Positions 51,651 through 61,613 are shown, numbered from the stretch's first letter. The stretch is 64,000 nucleotides of DNA from an uncultured virus (IMG/VR IMGVR_UViG_3300031625_000002) (IMGVR_UViG_3300031625_000002:1-64000); one strand, 5' to 3'. Notes: a model not told the origin generated them from the sequence alone. A program made the numbers and translations.

Positions 51651-51704
51651 CGACTTGCTATCCCCGAATGATGAACTATGTTATGAGTCTAAGAGGAACT
51701 AACT

Positions 51705-52088
51705 ATGTACAAAATCAAAATAACCTATGATACCGGAGACTCGTTCAACCATTATACTGATCAGGTTGAATATCTTGACATCACCTTCAAGGATCTCGAA
51801 AAAGCCAAATAGGCTATTTTCGAGATTGAAGAACATTACACTTTCTATATAACCTATAAGGAAGAGACAAATGTTGGCAAGAAGGAAAAGTCAAAGGCGT
51901 TACGTGATGCTGAGAAGAAGCATTGGCATAACAGGGAGTATACATTATTTACTATTCATCTTGAAAACGATGATGGAGAAAGAGTTGACGAACATGTTTT
52001 CTGGTGCGGATATTTTGAAACACTTGGTGGCGCAGAAATTGAAGCGGAACCTGAAAGTGGAATGTCATTTAAGCCAAATAGATATTAG
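51705..52088 (+). pseudogene. hypothetical phage gene with a single in-frame TAG (51810-51812)
   Basis: RBS GAGG; frame continues after TAG through FWCGYFE to 52088. Confidence 0.65.
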
Positions 52089-52106
52089 CAAAGGAAATAA
52101 AAAATT

Positions 52107-53144
52107 GTGAAAAGAATGATAAAATTCACAGGCATTGGCGCGTTTAGAAACGTCATTAAAGCTGTTTGCCATCGTTCCGCCTATATTGGTATGGACGATC
52201 AAGGCGAGCCTATTTATGACGGGACCAGACCAAAGCCAACGATCACATTCAATGGTGCTGTTAAGCTTCATGGAACTAACGCTGGTGTTTCTTATGAGCA
52301 TGCGACCGGAGAATTTTGGGCGCAATCAAGGAAAAATACCATCACTCCAGAGAAAGACAATGCGGGCTTTTCCTTCTTTGTCGAATCTCACAAGGATGTC
52401 TTTCTTGAAATGTTCAAGAGCCTCCCATGTGACGGAATAACAACCATTTATGGAGAGTGGTGCGGCAAGGGTGTTCAAAGCACGGTTGCCATTACTGAAC
52501 TTGATAAATTCTTCGTGATCATTGGTGTTAAAGAGAGTCCTCTTGAGCCAAGCGAAGATGAAGTTGCGATCTGGCTCCCTGATGATAAAACACAGCCGTT
52601 GTCTTCAAATGATGATAGGGTCTTCAACATTCTTGACTTTCCTACGTTCTCAATTGATATAGATTTCAAGAACCCTGAACTCTCAACGAACAGGATGGTT
52701 GAAATCACAGCAGCTGTCGAGGCAGAGTGTCCAGTTGCTAAGCAGCTTGGTGTTTCTGGAATTGGAGAAGGTGTTGTTTGGAAGTCTGACGTTAATGGAG
52801 AGAGATATATCTTCAAGGTTAAAGGCGACGAACACGCTGGCAAGTCCAAGGTCAAGACGCTTAAGCCTGTTGACAATGAAAGGCTTCAAAGGATTAACGA
52901 CATTGCTGAGCAAGTAACTCCAGTGTGGAGACTCGAACAGGCTATTCAAGAGACCTTTGACACCAATAATGGTGGCGATATCGACAGAAAAGGTCTTGGA
53001 GATTTCCTCAGATGGGTTGTCAAAGACGTGCTCAAAGAAGAGATCGATGTTATTAGCGATGCTGGTTTCGAACCAAAAGACGTTAATAAGAAGATTTCTG
53101 AAGTTTGTAGAACTTGGTTCTTCGAAAGGGAAAGCCAGGTTTAA
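52107..53144 (+). CDS. RNA ligase, Rnl2 family
   Basis: KLHGTN, YGEWCG, GEGVVW, FKVKG. Confidence 0.88.
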   Translation: MKRMIKFTGIGAFRNVIKAVCHRSAYIGMDDQGEPIYDGTRPKPTITFNGAVKLHGTNAGVSYEHATGEFWAQSRKNTITPEKDNAGFSFFVESHKDVFLEMFKSLPCDGITTIYGEWCGKGVQSTVAITELDKFFVIIGVKESPLEPSEDEVAIWLPDDKTQPLSSNDDRVFNILDFPTFSIDIDFKNPELSTNRMVEITAAVEAECPVAKQLGVSGIGEGVVWKSDVNGERYIFKVKGDEHAGKSKVKTLKPVDNERLQRINDIAEQVTPVWRLEQAIQETFDTNNGGDIDRKGLGDFLRWVVKDVLKEEIDVISDAGFEPKDVNKKISEVCRTWFFERESQV

Positions 53145-54344
53145 CAATCATAGCCGGGGGACATCCGTCCCCCGATGCCTTAACTACCCCCCCCCATCGC
53201 ACAGTTGGATGGGGTGTTGGTTATTTTATTTTACAACTGTACTTAAAAGTAAGAAGGGAATTAATAACGATTTCAAAGTTGATAAGTTTGCCATAAACCT
53301 TATTGGCCATGGGTCAATAGTCGCTGGCAATTCAGTTGATGATTTGAAAGGGATTGAATTTGTTCGTAGACCATCACCAGAATTGTTGGATAATTAAGCA
53401 TGTTTTATGCAGCCTGGATGAAAAGTTTAAGATGGTATAATAATATTGATGTTTCCCATTTCAATAATAATATTTGGGATAACAGAAACCTTTAACCAAT
53501 GGAATCATTTCGGGTTAGCACTTATTGCAATCGGATTTATTTTCATGAAAATACTGAGTGGATCATGAAGGAAATTATAAAGTCAAAAGTTACGGGACAT
53601 GATATGACTTCCGTTCATCTTGAAGGAAGAAAGATTAGTATCGATGTCAAGATCGTATCATTGGTCAAATTGATCGATGGATTAGAAGGTGCGGAGGTAA
53701 CATCCTCGTGTCACGGTGATGCAGAGAGATCGCCATACATAAATTGGGTGTTGTATGACGAAGATGAGAACTCACAAGTAGACGACCTTATTGCTGTAAT
53801 ACATGGGTTCAAGCATGAGGTAGATGTTGAATTTAACATGAGTATCATGCTCAAAGAGGGACACAGCGACATGTTGTTCACATTGACTTTTTTCGGCGGA
53901 CAACCTCAAATGTTGCAGTTTTCTAGGTATGCTAAGAAAAAACTCAAAAAGAGGGTTGATATTCCGAAAAGGTGAACTATGATAAGGTGTGTTTGAAACC
54001 ATTACAATTAAATAGTAAACTACTTATTAATAATTTCAATCTTTATTCTCACATGCGGCTGTAAGAGCTTTGAGCCTGTTCAACAGGTGTGGGATATACT
54101 TACAGAGTCTGAGAAGTGATGGTTATGAGTGTGACATTATGGTTGTCAACTCATACTCTCCTAAACATTTGGTGATTGACAATTACAGAGTCCTTCATAC
54201 TGTTGTACGAGTAGTAGTTGATGGTCAATACCGTTACATTGACCCCGCAAATTTCAAGTGGTCGGAAAACTTAAATGAATCCGCCGCATTTGTCAGAGTC
54301 GTTTCCGAAGAAGACCTATTAAGAAAAAATTTTCAATAATTTTA

Positions 54345-54508
54345 AACAAGGCCGGTTGGCTTAGAAGCAGCCATCCCTTAATGAGTGACAAGTGAGATGT
54401 TAAGGCTGACTAAGACGTATTCGTGAAAGGCCGATGCTCACGTTGGAGAAAGTTGATTGCGCAGTCAACCAGTATCTTGAAGTCTTTGGCGTAACAGCAC
54501 ACCTTGTT
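54345..54508 (+). ncRNA. 23S rRNA H43/H44 (L11/GTPase-associated centre) mimic with ~100-nt insertion
   Basis: GTTGGCTTAGAAGCAGCCATC..TTAATGAGT [insert] GCGTAACAGCACAC, closed by AACAAGG/CCTTGTT. Confidence 0.8.
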
Positions 54509-55624
54509 CCTTTTAATCTTAACAGAGAAGAGCGATGAATAACGAATATAAGAAAAAAGATTTTGAACACATGGCCAACAAACGGCGCAATGCCTTGAGT
54601 GTTATTGCAGACAAACTCGGCAAAGAACATACCATTACCAAAATGATGGGTGGTATGGCTTGGGGGCGAAATAATCCAGAGCCACATCCTGGATATGGGG
54701 CAAAGGACGCCATAAGAGGAATGGGGTATCTTGATGGTTCATTTCATATCTTGAATATTTGGGCGCGTGACAATGATCGCACGGCACAAAAAATCATGCT
54801 CGCTATTTACCCTATGAAATGGGAGTCTGCGAAATGAGCGTCAAAGATTTAGTATATCACAAATTTAATAAGCGGTTCCCAAAAAAATTGTTAGAAGTTA
54901 AGTATGTGGACCTCACTCTTACAAAATCTTTTGGAAGAGGCAACGCAAGACATACCGACTCGCGCAGGAGTGGGACTTGGAAAGAAACACATGGTTGGAA
55001 ATATAGGTTACCATACAATGTAGAGTCAGTTTCGGAGAAGTGGTATATCAAAAGATATATTTCCAGGAAGGTTCTTGGATTTGAATTCGTTTACAAGGAA
55101 GCGGTTGCCGAAGTCCATTTTGAAGAAATAAACAATCACGCTTGTTTTGGTGATACTTGGCCGCAAAGAGTTTGGGACGTTTGGGAAAAACATAATTTGG
55201 TAAATCAACCAACTGGAGATACTAAATGAAAAATCTTGATAAAATATTCTCGGAGGAAGATATCACTCTTCTCATTGAATATGCAGATGGGAGAAAGCAT
55301 GATAATTTTGAATACGAAATAGAGACTTTTGATCATGAAAATATAGGTAGGACTATGCTTCACATGAAAAACGGTCTTTGTGAACAGAGGCTTATCGCTC
55401 GTTTTCACTATCCTAAAAACGAGGGTTCTGATGATGGTTATGGGTATCCAGAAATGATGTTGGTAATAGGTAATGATGGCGATGTTTCCTTTCAAAATTT
55501 GGGGAACTGTCGTTTCCGTCTCCACGAACCTCTCAAGGCTTATGAATTGATGTTGAGACGATTAAGACCAGAACTTTTTGAATAGGACTTGACACAGGGT
55601 AAAGACTGTGTTATGTTGTATCAT

Positions 55625-56450
55625 GTTAGAGACAATTGAATATCGAAAGTTTGATGGCGTGGAGACAGGATTATGGGTAACCGTAGAATTGATGTTAACG
55701 TAGCGCCAGCAGTGGAGTGGAGACGTACCACTATGGAGTGGAATTCATAGAAGCTGTGAGGGACACATAATAAGACTTTTAAAGAGGCTTGAGGATTAGG
55801 GCGTAACCCACTCAAGTAACTATGTAGCCCTCTCGTTTTGCCGGTCAGAAGCGATAGTGTAGACCGGTGAAAGCTGGCATTTATGCCTAAATAAATAGGG
55901 AGACCGTCTACCCGAATAAAGTCGGCACTCAGTTCCCCAGAGTTAATGGGGACGGGATTTTGGAAGCCTCCCCAGATTGGCTCTACGTTTTGCATTGTTC
56001 GGAAATTCAATGTCGTAGCTGCGCACTACGTTAGGTGGCTCCAATGCGCAATTTTTATTTTGATGCTGTGAACGTAATTAATGCGAACAAGGGAGTTGGT
56101 GTCAGGGAGCGAGGGTAACGGAATGAGTACCGGTGAACCTAGCGGATGGGGATACTTGATCAGCATCTTTGATTAACCGGATGGCGCTATCCTTAAAGTG
56201 TCGGAAAACACTATCCTTAAGTGTGGGCAGAATATTCTTTAGGCCCTAAACTAAAAGATTATCGACATCGGATACAGATGGGGCCTGGGGCGGCATTGAG
56301 GCTTCCTTGATAATACATATATCAAGTAAATAAAATGTGTCGTCATGGCGTATCGCGTTAGGATAGTTTCCATACGCCTTAATTTTAGGATCTAAAGCGC
56401 CAGCAAATGTCCACCTCCATACGGGGGGTGGACAGCGCTGGTGAGGAAAT
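55625..56450 (+). ncRNA. large unidentified structured RNA region (one or several RNAs)
   Basis: Promoter at 55589, no credible ORF, many nested helices, raised GC, terminal hairpin 56397-56445. Confidence 0.6.
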
Positions 56451-56485
56451 TTTGTGAAAGTTTTGAAATTTTTTCTCAAAGCGGC

Positions 56486-56513
56486 TTGCAAAACGGAAAA
56501 GTCACGGTATAAT
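56486..56513 (+). promoter_or_regulatory. sigma70-like promoter for the GOLLD-like RNA
   Basis: TTGCAA-N16-TATAAT. Confidence 0.75.
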
Positions 56514-56520
56514 AAGAAGC

Positions 56521-57458
56521 ATGTTGGAAGTGGTTAACGCCGCATCTAACAGAAAGTAAAAACTGAATATTTAATTTAAGGGCAGTATGATGTCCTCCTG
56601 TTCCCTTCGGGTAACAGGTTAAGATAAGCCATGGAAACATGGTGAAATGGGGGACCCGCTACGGGCCTCGCCAAACTCTTCGGAGAGTGGTCAGTTATGC
56701 AAACCAAGCTTCTGTGAATTTCCCTCTTGGGGAGTTATACTTGAAGGTGGAGATTAAATGAATGTGGTGGCCAACGGTGGCTATGTTCTACTAACGTTAG
56801 CGACGAGAACTTATCTTATGCCAAACATCGAAAGTTAAGAAGCAAAGGGTAGTTGTGTTGTCTGAGTTTGCAGACAAAGGCTTCACAGCAGATTGTTGGG
56901 TAACAGGAAACCATTTAACAATGGGGGACCTGAAGTCCTGTAAATCCGTCTGGTAGCCCGCAAGGCCAAAGATATGAGGTGTGTGGCATTCTACTTCTCA
57001 AAAGGAAGCGGAACCATCGAGAGCGCACATCTTGGTAGATTTATCTGTAGCTCAATAGCAGAGCTATTCCCTCATACGGAATCGGTTTTGGTGCAACTCC
57101 AAACGGATATTTTTTAACGAAAATAAAAAAACGCAAAGACGCTCTCGGTAGTAGGTGAAAATGGCCTAATTCCAAATCCTTCGGGTAATTTGGAGACGTG
57201 AAGCTCGCAAGGCAGATCGTTTTAGGACAAGTTAAAATTTAGTGGATTAGCGTTCACGAACTGTTCATAAGGCAGGAATGGAAACGAGTTCTGATTAGCT
57301 TACTATGACGGCGCAGTCGCAGGCGCTTAATAAAATTGCGGTCATGATCGATGTCTGGTGTCCAGCTTGCTGGCCCAGAAGGAAATTAGGGCAAGGCACG
57401 TCGCAAGCGTACTGTAATCCTGAAGAGTCGATTATTGAAGGTGTATTTCTCAACCTTT
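56521..57458 (+). ncRNA. GOLLD-like giant ornate RNA
   Basis: ~940 nt non-coding between promoter and terminator; many UUCG/GCAA/GAAA hairpins; GAGGTGTGTGGCATT..CTCAAAAGG..GCACATCTT; 3' AAGGTGTATTTCTCAACCTT; embedded tRNA. Confidence 0.75.
57041..57111 (+). tRNA. tRNA(CAT) embedded in the GOLLD-like RNA, no encoded CCA
   Basis: TAGCTCAATAGCAGAGC D arm, ATTCC-CTCATAC-GGAAT, TTTGG-TGCAACT-CCAAA. Confidence 0.75.
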
Positions 57459-57467
57459 TAATTTTTT

Positions 57468-57501
57468 GTCAGGTGACTTCGGTCGTCTGGCATTTTTTTT
57501 T
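57468..57501 (+). terminator. intrinsic terminator
   Basis: GTCAGGTGAC-TTCG-GTCGTCTGGC followed by A and T9. Confidence 0.85.
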
Positions 57502-57610
57502 GCCTATATAACATAAGGAATATGAATAATGGAGGATACAGTAAAATAATTTTTCGATGAGTTTATTAAAAAGTTCGATCTAAAAGAGTTGATCATTGAT
57601 ACGTTCTATC

Positions 57611-58276
57611 TTAATCGTTCCAATAATCTTTCTCGTCATCGTCGTTATCCTCAAAGGCGTGAGGGCTTACTTCCCCATCCCATTCATAATCGATATTGAA
57701 ATCTTCTTGAAGCATTTCAAAGTTGTTCAAATCATTATCTATAAGTGAATGTCCTTGACCGTGTCCAAAGACAACCTCTTGGACTCTACCTTTTGGCATT
57801 TCAACGCCAAAATATTCAATGCCATTTGGAATTACTCCATAAACTGGTTGGTCATTTGTTAAGTGTGAGGGAGTTATATCTATAACCTTTCCATTTAATG
57901 AATTCCACCCGTGATTCCTGAAAAATGTTCCGGCATATCCTTCAACATATTTGAAGTCATTGTCATGTAACATTAATAATTGAGAAGAGTAGAAACACTC
58001 TTTGACTTCCCCGCGTTTAAAAATACTATAAAGGCTTTCAATTTTTTCCTGTTCTTCAGGGGTCAATTCAGCAGACTCATACAGTTTGCCATGGGTCAAA
58101 TAGAAATATGGCATCGTAGGATAATGAAAATCGCTTGTTTGAGAATTCATTCCTACTTGCATAATGTGTTGCATAGCCAGAGCAGTCATAATCTGGCTGT
58201 GTGAAAACTGATTTTTCCAGGCCAATAATTCAGGCGTTATGTTCTCGATCCAATTTGATTTTTTGTACCAATTCAT
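57611..58276 (-). CDS. hypothetical protein with MNWYKK tag
   Basis: ATG after GGAG; CF..S...YVEGY...HGWN (transglutaminase-like pattern). Confidence 0.7.
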   Translation of the reverse strand: MNWYKKSNWIENITPELLAWKNQFSHSQIMTALAMQHIMQVGMNSQTSDFHYPTMPYFYLTHGKLYESAELTPEEQEKIESLYSIFKRGEVKECFYSSQLLMLHDNDFKYVEGYAGTFFRNHGWNSLNGKVIDITPSHLTNDQPVYGVIPNGIEYFGVEMPKGRVQEVVFGHGQGHSLIDNDLNNFEMLQEDFNIDYEWDGEVSPHAFEDNDDDEKDYWND

Positions 58277-58389
58277 AGGGTCTCCAATTCCACTTATTAT
58301 TCTTAACATACACAGAAAAACCCTTCCGGCAAAGCTTACTATATGGTCATGTGGCAGTATAGTATTACATGTAACAGGAGTAATGTCTT

Positions 58390-58749
58390 ATGGGAATTGA
58401 ATATAAGAGGTATTTACTCTTTGACCATCGTGCTGTAAAGTACTTAAACGAAATACTTTCTAAAACAGAGGCTAATATCGTAATAAGTTCGTCTTGGAGA
58501 AAAATCCATACTTTAGATGAAATTAGAGAGCAATTTAAGTCTCAGGGTATAATTGATGTCGATAGAGTCGTCAGTATGACAGGTGGGTCAAAAGACGGGA
58601 TAAGAGGCGGAGAGATTCAAACCTGGATTGACAATAACCCATGTGGTAATTTTGTAATAATAGATGATGACTCAGACATGATTCATCTCATGGACCATCT
58701 CGTTTTAACAAGAAACGCGACCGGCTTATCTTATCGAAACAAACTTTAA
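58390..58749 (+). CDS. HAD-domain protein (RNA-repair-associated type), N-terminal motif missing
   Basis: IVISSSWR, RGGEI, IIDDD. Confidence 0.7.
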   Translation: MGIEYKRYLLFDHRAVKYLNEILSKTEANIVISSSWRKIHTLDEIREQFKSQGIIDVDRVVSMTGGSKDGIRGGEIQTWIDNNPCGNFVIIDDDSDMIHLMDHLVLTRNATGLSYRNKL

Positions 58750-59313
58750 ATTATAAGAAGATTGAAAAGGAGTTAAAAATGGCGGCGACTAAAGAAAATA
58801 TCAAGAAATGGATCGTCGATTCAAGCGACAGAAAAATGGATTATATGATCGTCGTTTGTGATCAATATGATTACGAAAATTTCCCAGTTTTTGTAACTTC
58901 TGAAAATCTTCACAAAGAAGCTAAAAGATATGGGAGAGATATGCATAAGGTCATGGAGATCTATGATTTGAATGGCGACATTGAGGCCCAATTAGATATG
59001 CATAGAGCTTTTCCGCCAGGATTCCCACTTTAGCTTCCCGAACACATAGTATTAAGGAGAATAGTATGCTTACGGGATGCCGTGTATATGTTGGAAATAA
59101 ATATGACGAAGGCTGCTGTGACTTTTGCTCAGATATCGATTCCAGCGGACGTTGACGATTGGATTGACTCTTTGTTGGAGGAAGCCTTGTCGGATAAAGA
59201 TTTGTTGCCACAGGCCGCAATCGATCAGAAAAAGCACGATGCGAAGCAATTTCGTTAATTAAAATAACGTTGTATAATAGACAGTCAGACAACAGAAAAG
59301 TTTGCAACATCGC

Positions 59314-59341
59314 TTGCATTGTTCCGAACCGATGCTATAGT
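59314..59341 (+). promoter_or_regulatory. sigma70-like promoter for the tandem RNAs and 684-aa gene
   Basis: TTGCAT-N16-TATAGT. Confidence 0.65.
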
Positions 59342-59361
59342 ATAGATGTTTGGTGTTAAGA

Positions 59362-59517
59362 AAGGCTATGATGGTTCTTCCTTCTAAAAAGATAATGGAT
59401 AAACCAGAGTCATCAATTACCTTCTTTTTTTACATTTCAATTTTGGAGGGCATGAAAATTTTCTCTTCCTTCTAAAACTTCATTTAATAAGAAAACTTAG
59501 AGATTTCACTTCCCTCC
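59362..59517 (+). ncRNA. two tandem covarying hairpin RNAs (59362-59423, 59445-59517)
   Basis: Each has two stems split by an internal loop, and TCCTTCTAAAA at the start of the apical loop. Confidence 0.7.
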
Positions 59518-59558
59518 GATTTATTTCATAGACAAACAAAGCAACATAAGGATACACT

Positions 59559-61613
59559 ATGAAGCACTTCATTTTTTTGAGAAACAGTCTTGTACAATTC
59601 CCGGCCCAAGCCAAGGATGACCAAGCGTCAAGAAATATCGTCGGAACGATTTGTTCCAATTTGCTTTATTATGGGTATATATTCTCAACAGAAGCCTTGC
59701 GTGAATTCAACAAGTTAAGCGATGAAAACGTCATTGCGTGGTGGGAGACCGTCGAGCCTGCATTTAAGGAAATCACTGGTGAGTCCAAGAATATGGGTGA
59801 TCATGTTGTCTATAAGAACTTTCCAAAGGAAGTACTTGATAAGTCATTGGCCGAGTATTGGATTTGCCAAATCTTTATGTACCTTGGCGTTCCAAATGAA
59901 TTTTTCACGACCGAAGAGGTCGAAAGAGACCAGATGTTTGAAAGTATTTCTCTTAAGACACTTCAAGTCGCAAGAGCAAATAAGGAGCAGGACATCTGTC
60001 ATGAGCTTTGTTTGACTCCGGCCAGATGGACTGATGAGCAATCAATGTTTGTTGAACATCTTATTATCAATGAGAAGTGCTATTTTAATTTGTCAAAAAT
60101 CCCCTTCAAGGAAAACATGATCCAAGTCGCAGTCTTGGCCATGAATAATGGTTTGGCGGCGAGTGTCAATTCAGCCACGGATGTGTTGCGCCTTGCAATT
60201 GGATTGTCCGATGGTGACATAACCATGCGAACCAACACGCCATTTAGAAACTTTACGCGGAAGGAAAGACGTTTCTTGCTCACCTTGATTGAAAATCAGA
60301 ATGATTGTGAGGAAGACATCGCTATGGACAAGAATCGTTGGAAGAAGCTTTTAAACAGATTGCATCCAGGCGATTATAAGAATGCTTTCCCGAATGTGGT
60401 GAAGGCAAATAACAACTTGTACAACAACAACGTTGTCAGCTTCAATTCAAAGCTTGAGAAATATCTTGAGACTGAAGACGCATACGCTCTCGTTCTTCTT
60501 AAGAGCAGACCCGGTGTCTTTGCAAGAAGATTGTCTCACGCTATTTCAATATTTGGAAGCGCGGCCATCGACGCTTTCGCAGAAATTTGTCCAAAGCTCA
60601 CGGTTATTAAACTCCTTAAGGTGAAGAAGTTCTTTTCAACCTTGAAGGAAAGAAATCATCTTGTTTATCCGCCGAAGAGTAATTGGGCCAAGTTGCAGAT
60701 CGTTGAAAACTCAAAGGCGATACGTCACAATCCACAGGTCATAACTCTTATTGGGAAGATCGACGATGCTCTTAATGAGAAGATGAGTGGAATTTCTGTC
60801 AATCTTGATTCCAGAACGAGTCTCGTTAAAATCCAGGGCAACGACTCTGAATTAACGAACTATGGTCGTGGAACCGTGTTCCCGATTCCAGAGAATATTA
60901 ATTTCATCAGAAGCGCAAGCTATTGGGAATTACCTGACACTTTTAACAATTGGTACGACAATGGTTGGAACTTCTTTAACAAGGATTGGAAGGAAAAGGG
61001 CGCGTGTTGCTGGGCGAATATGACTTTCGCCAGAAAGGGATGCGCATTCTCTGGCGATCCAACCAACTCAAAGACTGCTGACGGAAAGGCGTGTCAAATG
61101 ATCGACTTGTACATTGACAAGTTGTTAGCTTTTGGAGTACGTTATGCTGTTTGGAATGTCTTGTGCTATTCTCATAAGAAGTTCAGCGAGGCCACTGAGG
61201 TCTTTGGTGCGCTTCAATGGGGTGAGGCTCCGCAAAAGGGTAAGCTCTTCGAGCCAAGCCGTTGCCAACTCTCATTTCCAATTACTGGTGAATGCTATAC
61301 CAAGTATATCGCATACATTGACTTGGAGAAGCGTGAACTTGTCTACATGGACGCTAACTTCAAGGCTGACGTTTCTTCCGCAAAGGAAAATGGTCGTATG
61401 CTTTCAGAAGTAATGCCAGCCTACATTGAATACTTGAATTCGTTGCCGAGCGTGTTCGATCTCTTCTCACATGCGAAGCAGGACGTGAATGGGACCGCTG
61501 TAGCCTATGACGATAGCAATATCGATATCAAGGGCACAAGTGCCTATGTATTCAATCCGACAAATGAGAACAACTCGTTCGAGCAGCTTGAAGTCGCCAA
61601 ATTTTTATCTTAA
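59559..61613 (+). CDS. MXAN_6230/SCO0854-like helical protein with TerD-like C-terminal domain
   Basis: YKNFP, ATDVLR, RPGVFARRL, SGDPT..ACQMIDL, VRYAV, FEP. Confidence 0.7.
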   Translation: MKHFIFLRNSLVQFPAQAKDDQASRNIVGTICSNLLYYGYIFSTEALREFNKLSDENVIAWWETVEPAFKEITGESKNMGDHVVYKNFPKEVLDKSLAEYWICQIFMYLGVPNEFFTTEEVERDQMFESISLKTLQVARANKEQDICHELCLTPARWTDEQSMFVEHLIINEKCYFNLSKIPFKENMIQVAVLAMNNGLAASVNSATDVLRLAIGLSDGDITMRTNTPFRNFTRKERRFLLTLIENQNDCEEDIAMDKNRWKKLLNRLHPGDYKNAFPNVVKANNNLYNNNVVSFNSKLEKYLETEDAYALVLLKSRPGVFARRLSHAISIFGSAAIDAFAEICPKLTVIKLLKVKKFFSTLKERNHLVYPPKSNWAKLQIVENSKAIRHNPQVITLIGKIDDALNEKMSGISVNLDSRTSLVKIQGNDSELTNYGRGTVFPIPENINFIRSASYWELPDTFNNWYDNGWNFFNKDWKEKGACCWANMTFARKGCAFSGDPTNSKTADGKACQMIDLYIDKLLAFGVRYAVWNVLCYSHKKFSEATEVFGALQWGEAPQKGKLFEPSRCQLSFPITGECYTKYIAYIDLEKRELVYMDANFKADVSSAKENGRMLSEVMPAYIEYLNSLPSVFDLFSHAKQDVNGTAVAYDDSNIDIKGTSAYVFNPTNENNSFEQLEVAKFLS

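Noticed and set aside
19482..53147. Many minus-strand ORFs overlapping identified genes
   Set aside because: Antisense shadows of well-supported + strand CDSs
54405..54432. Hammerhead-like CTGA..GAAA within the 23S-mimic insert
   Set aside because: Core reads CTGACTA, not CUGANGA, and no stems I/III with a cleavage triplet are evident
54345..54508. rRNA gene or contamination
   Set aside because: Only ~60 nt are rRNA-like, split by an insert and closed by a non-rRNA stem among phage genes
55621..57511. ORFs 55621-56010, 56246-56491 and 57305-57511
   Set aside because: No RBS or protein-like composition; they overlap structured RNA
59362..59517. CRISPR array
   Set aside because: Only two copies, identity limited to a short loop motif, no cas genes
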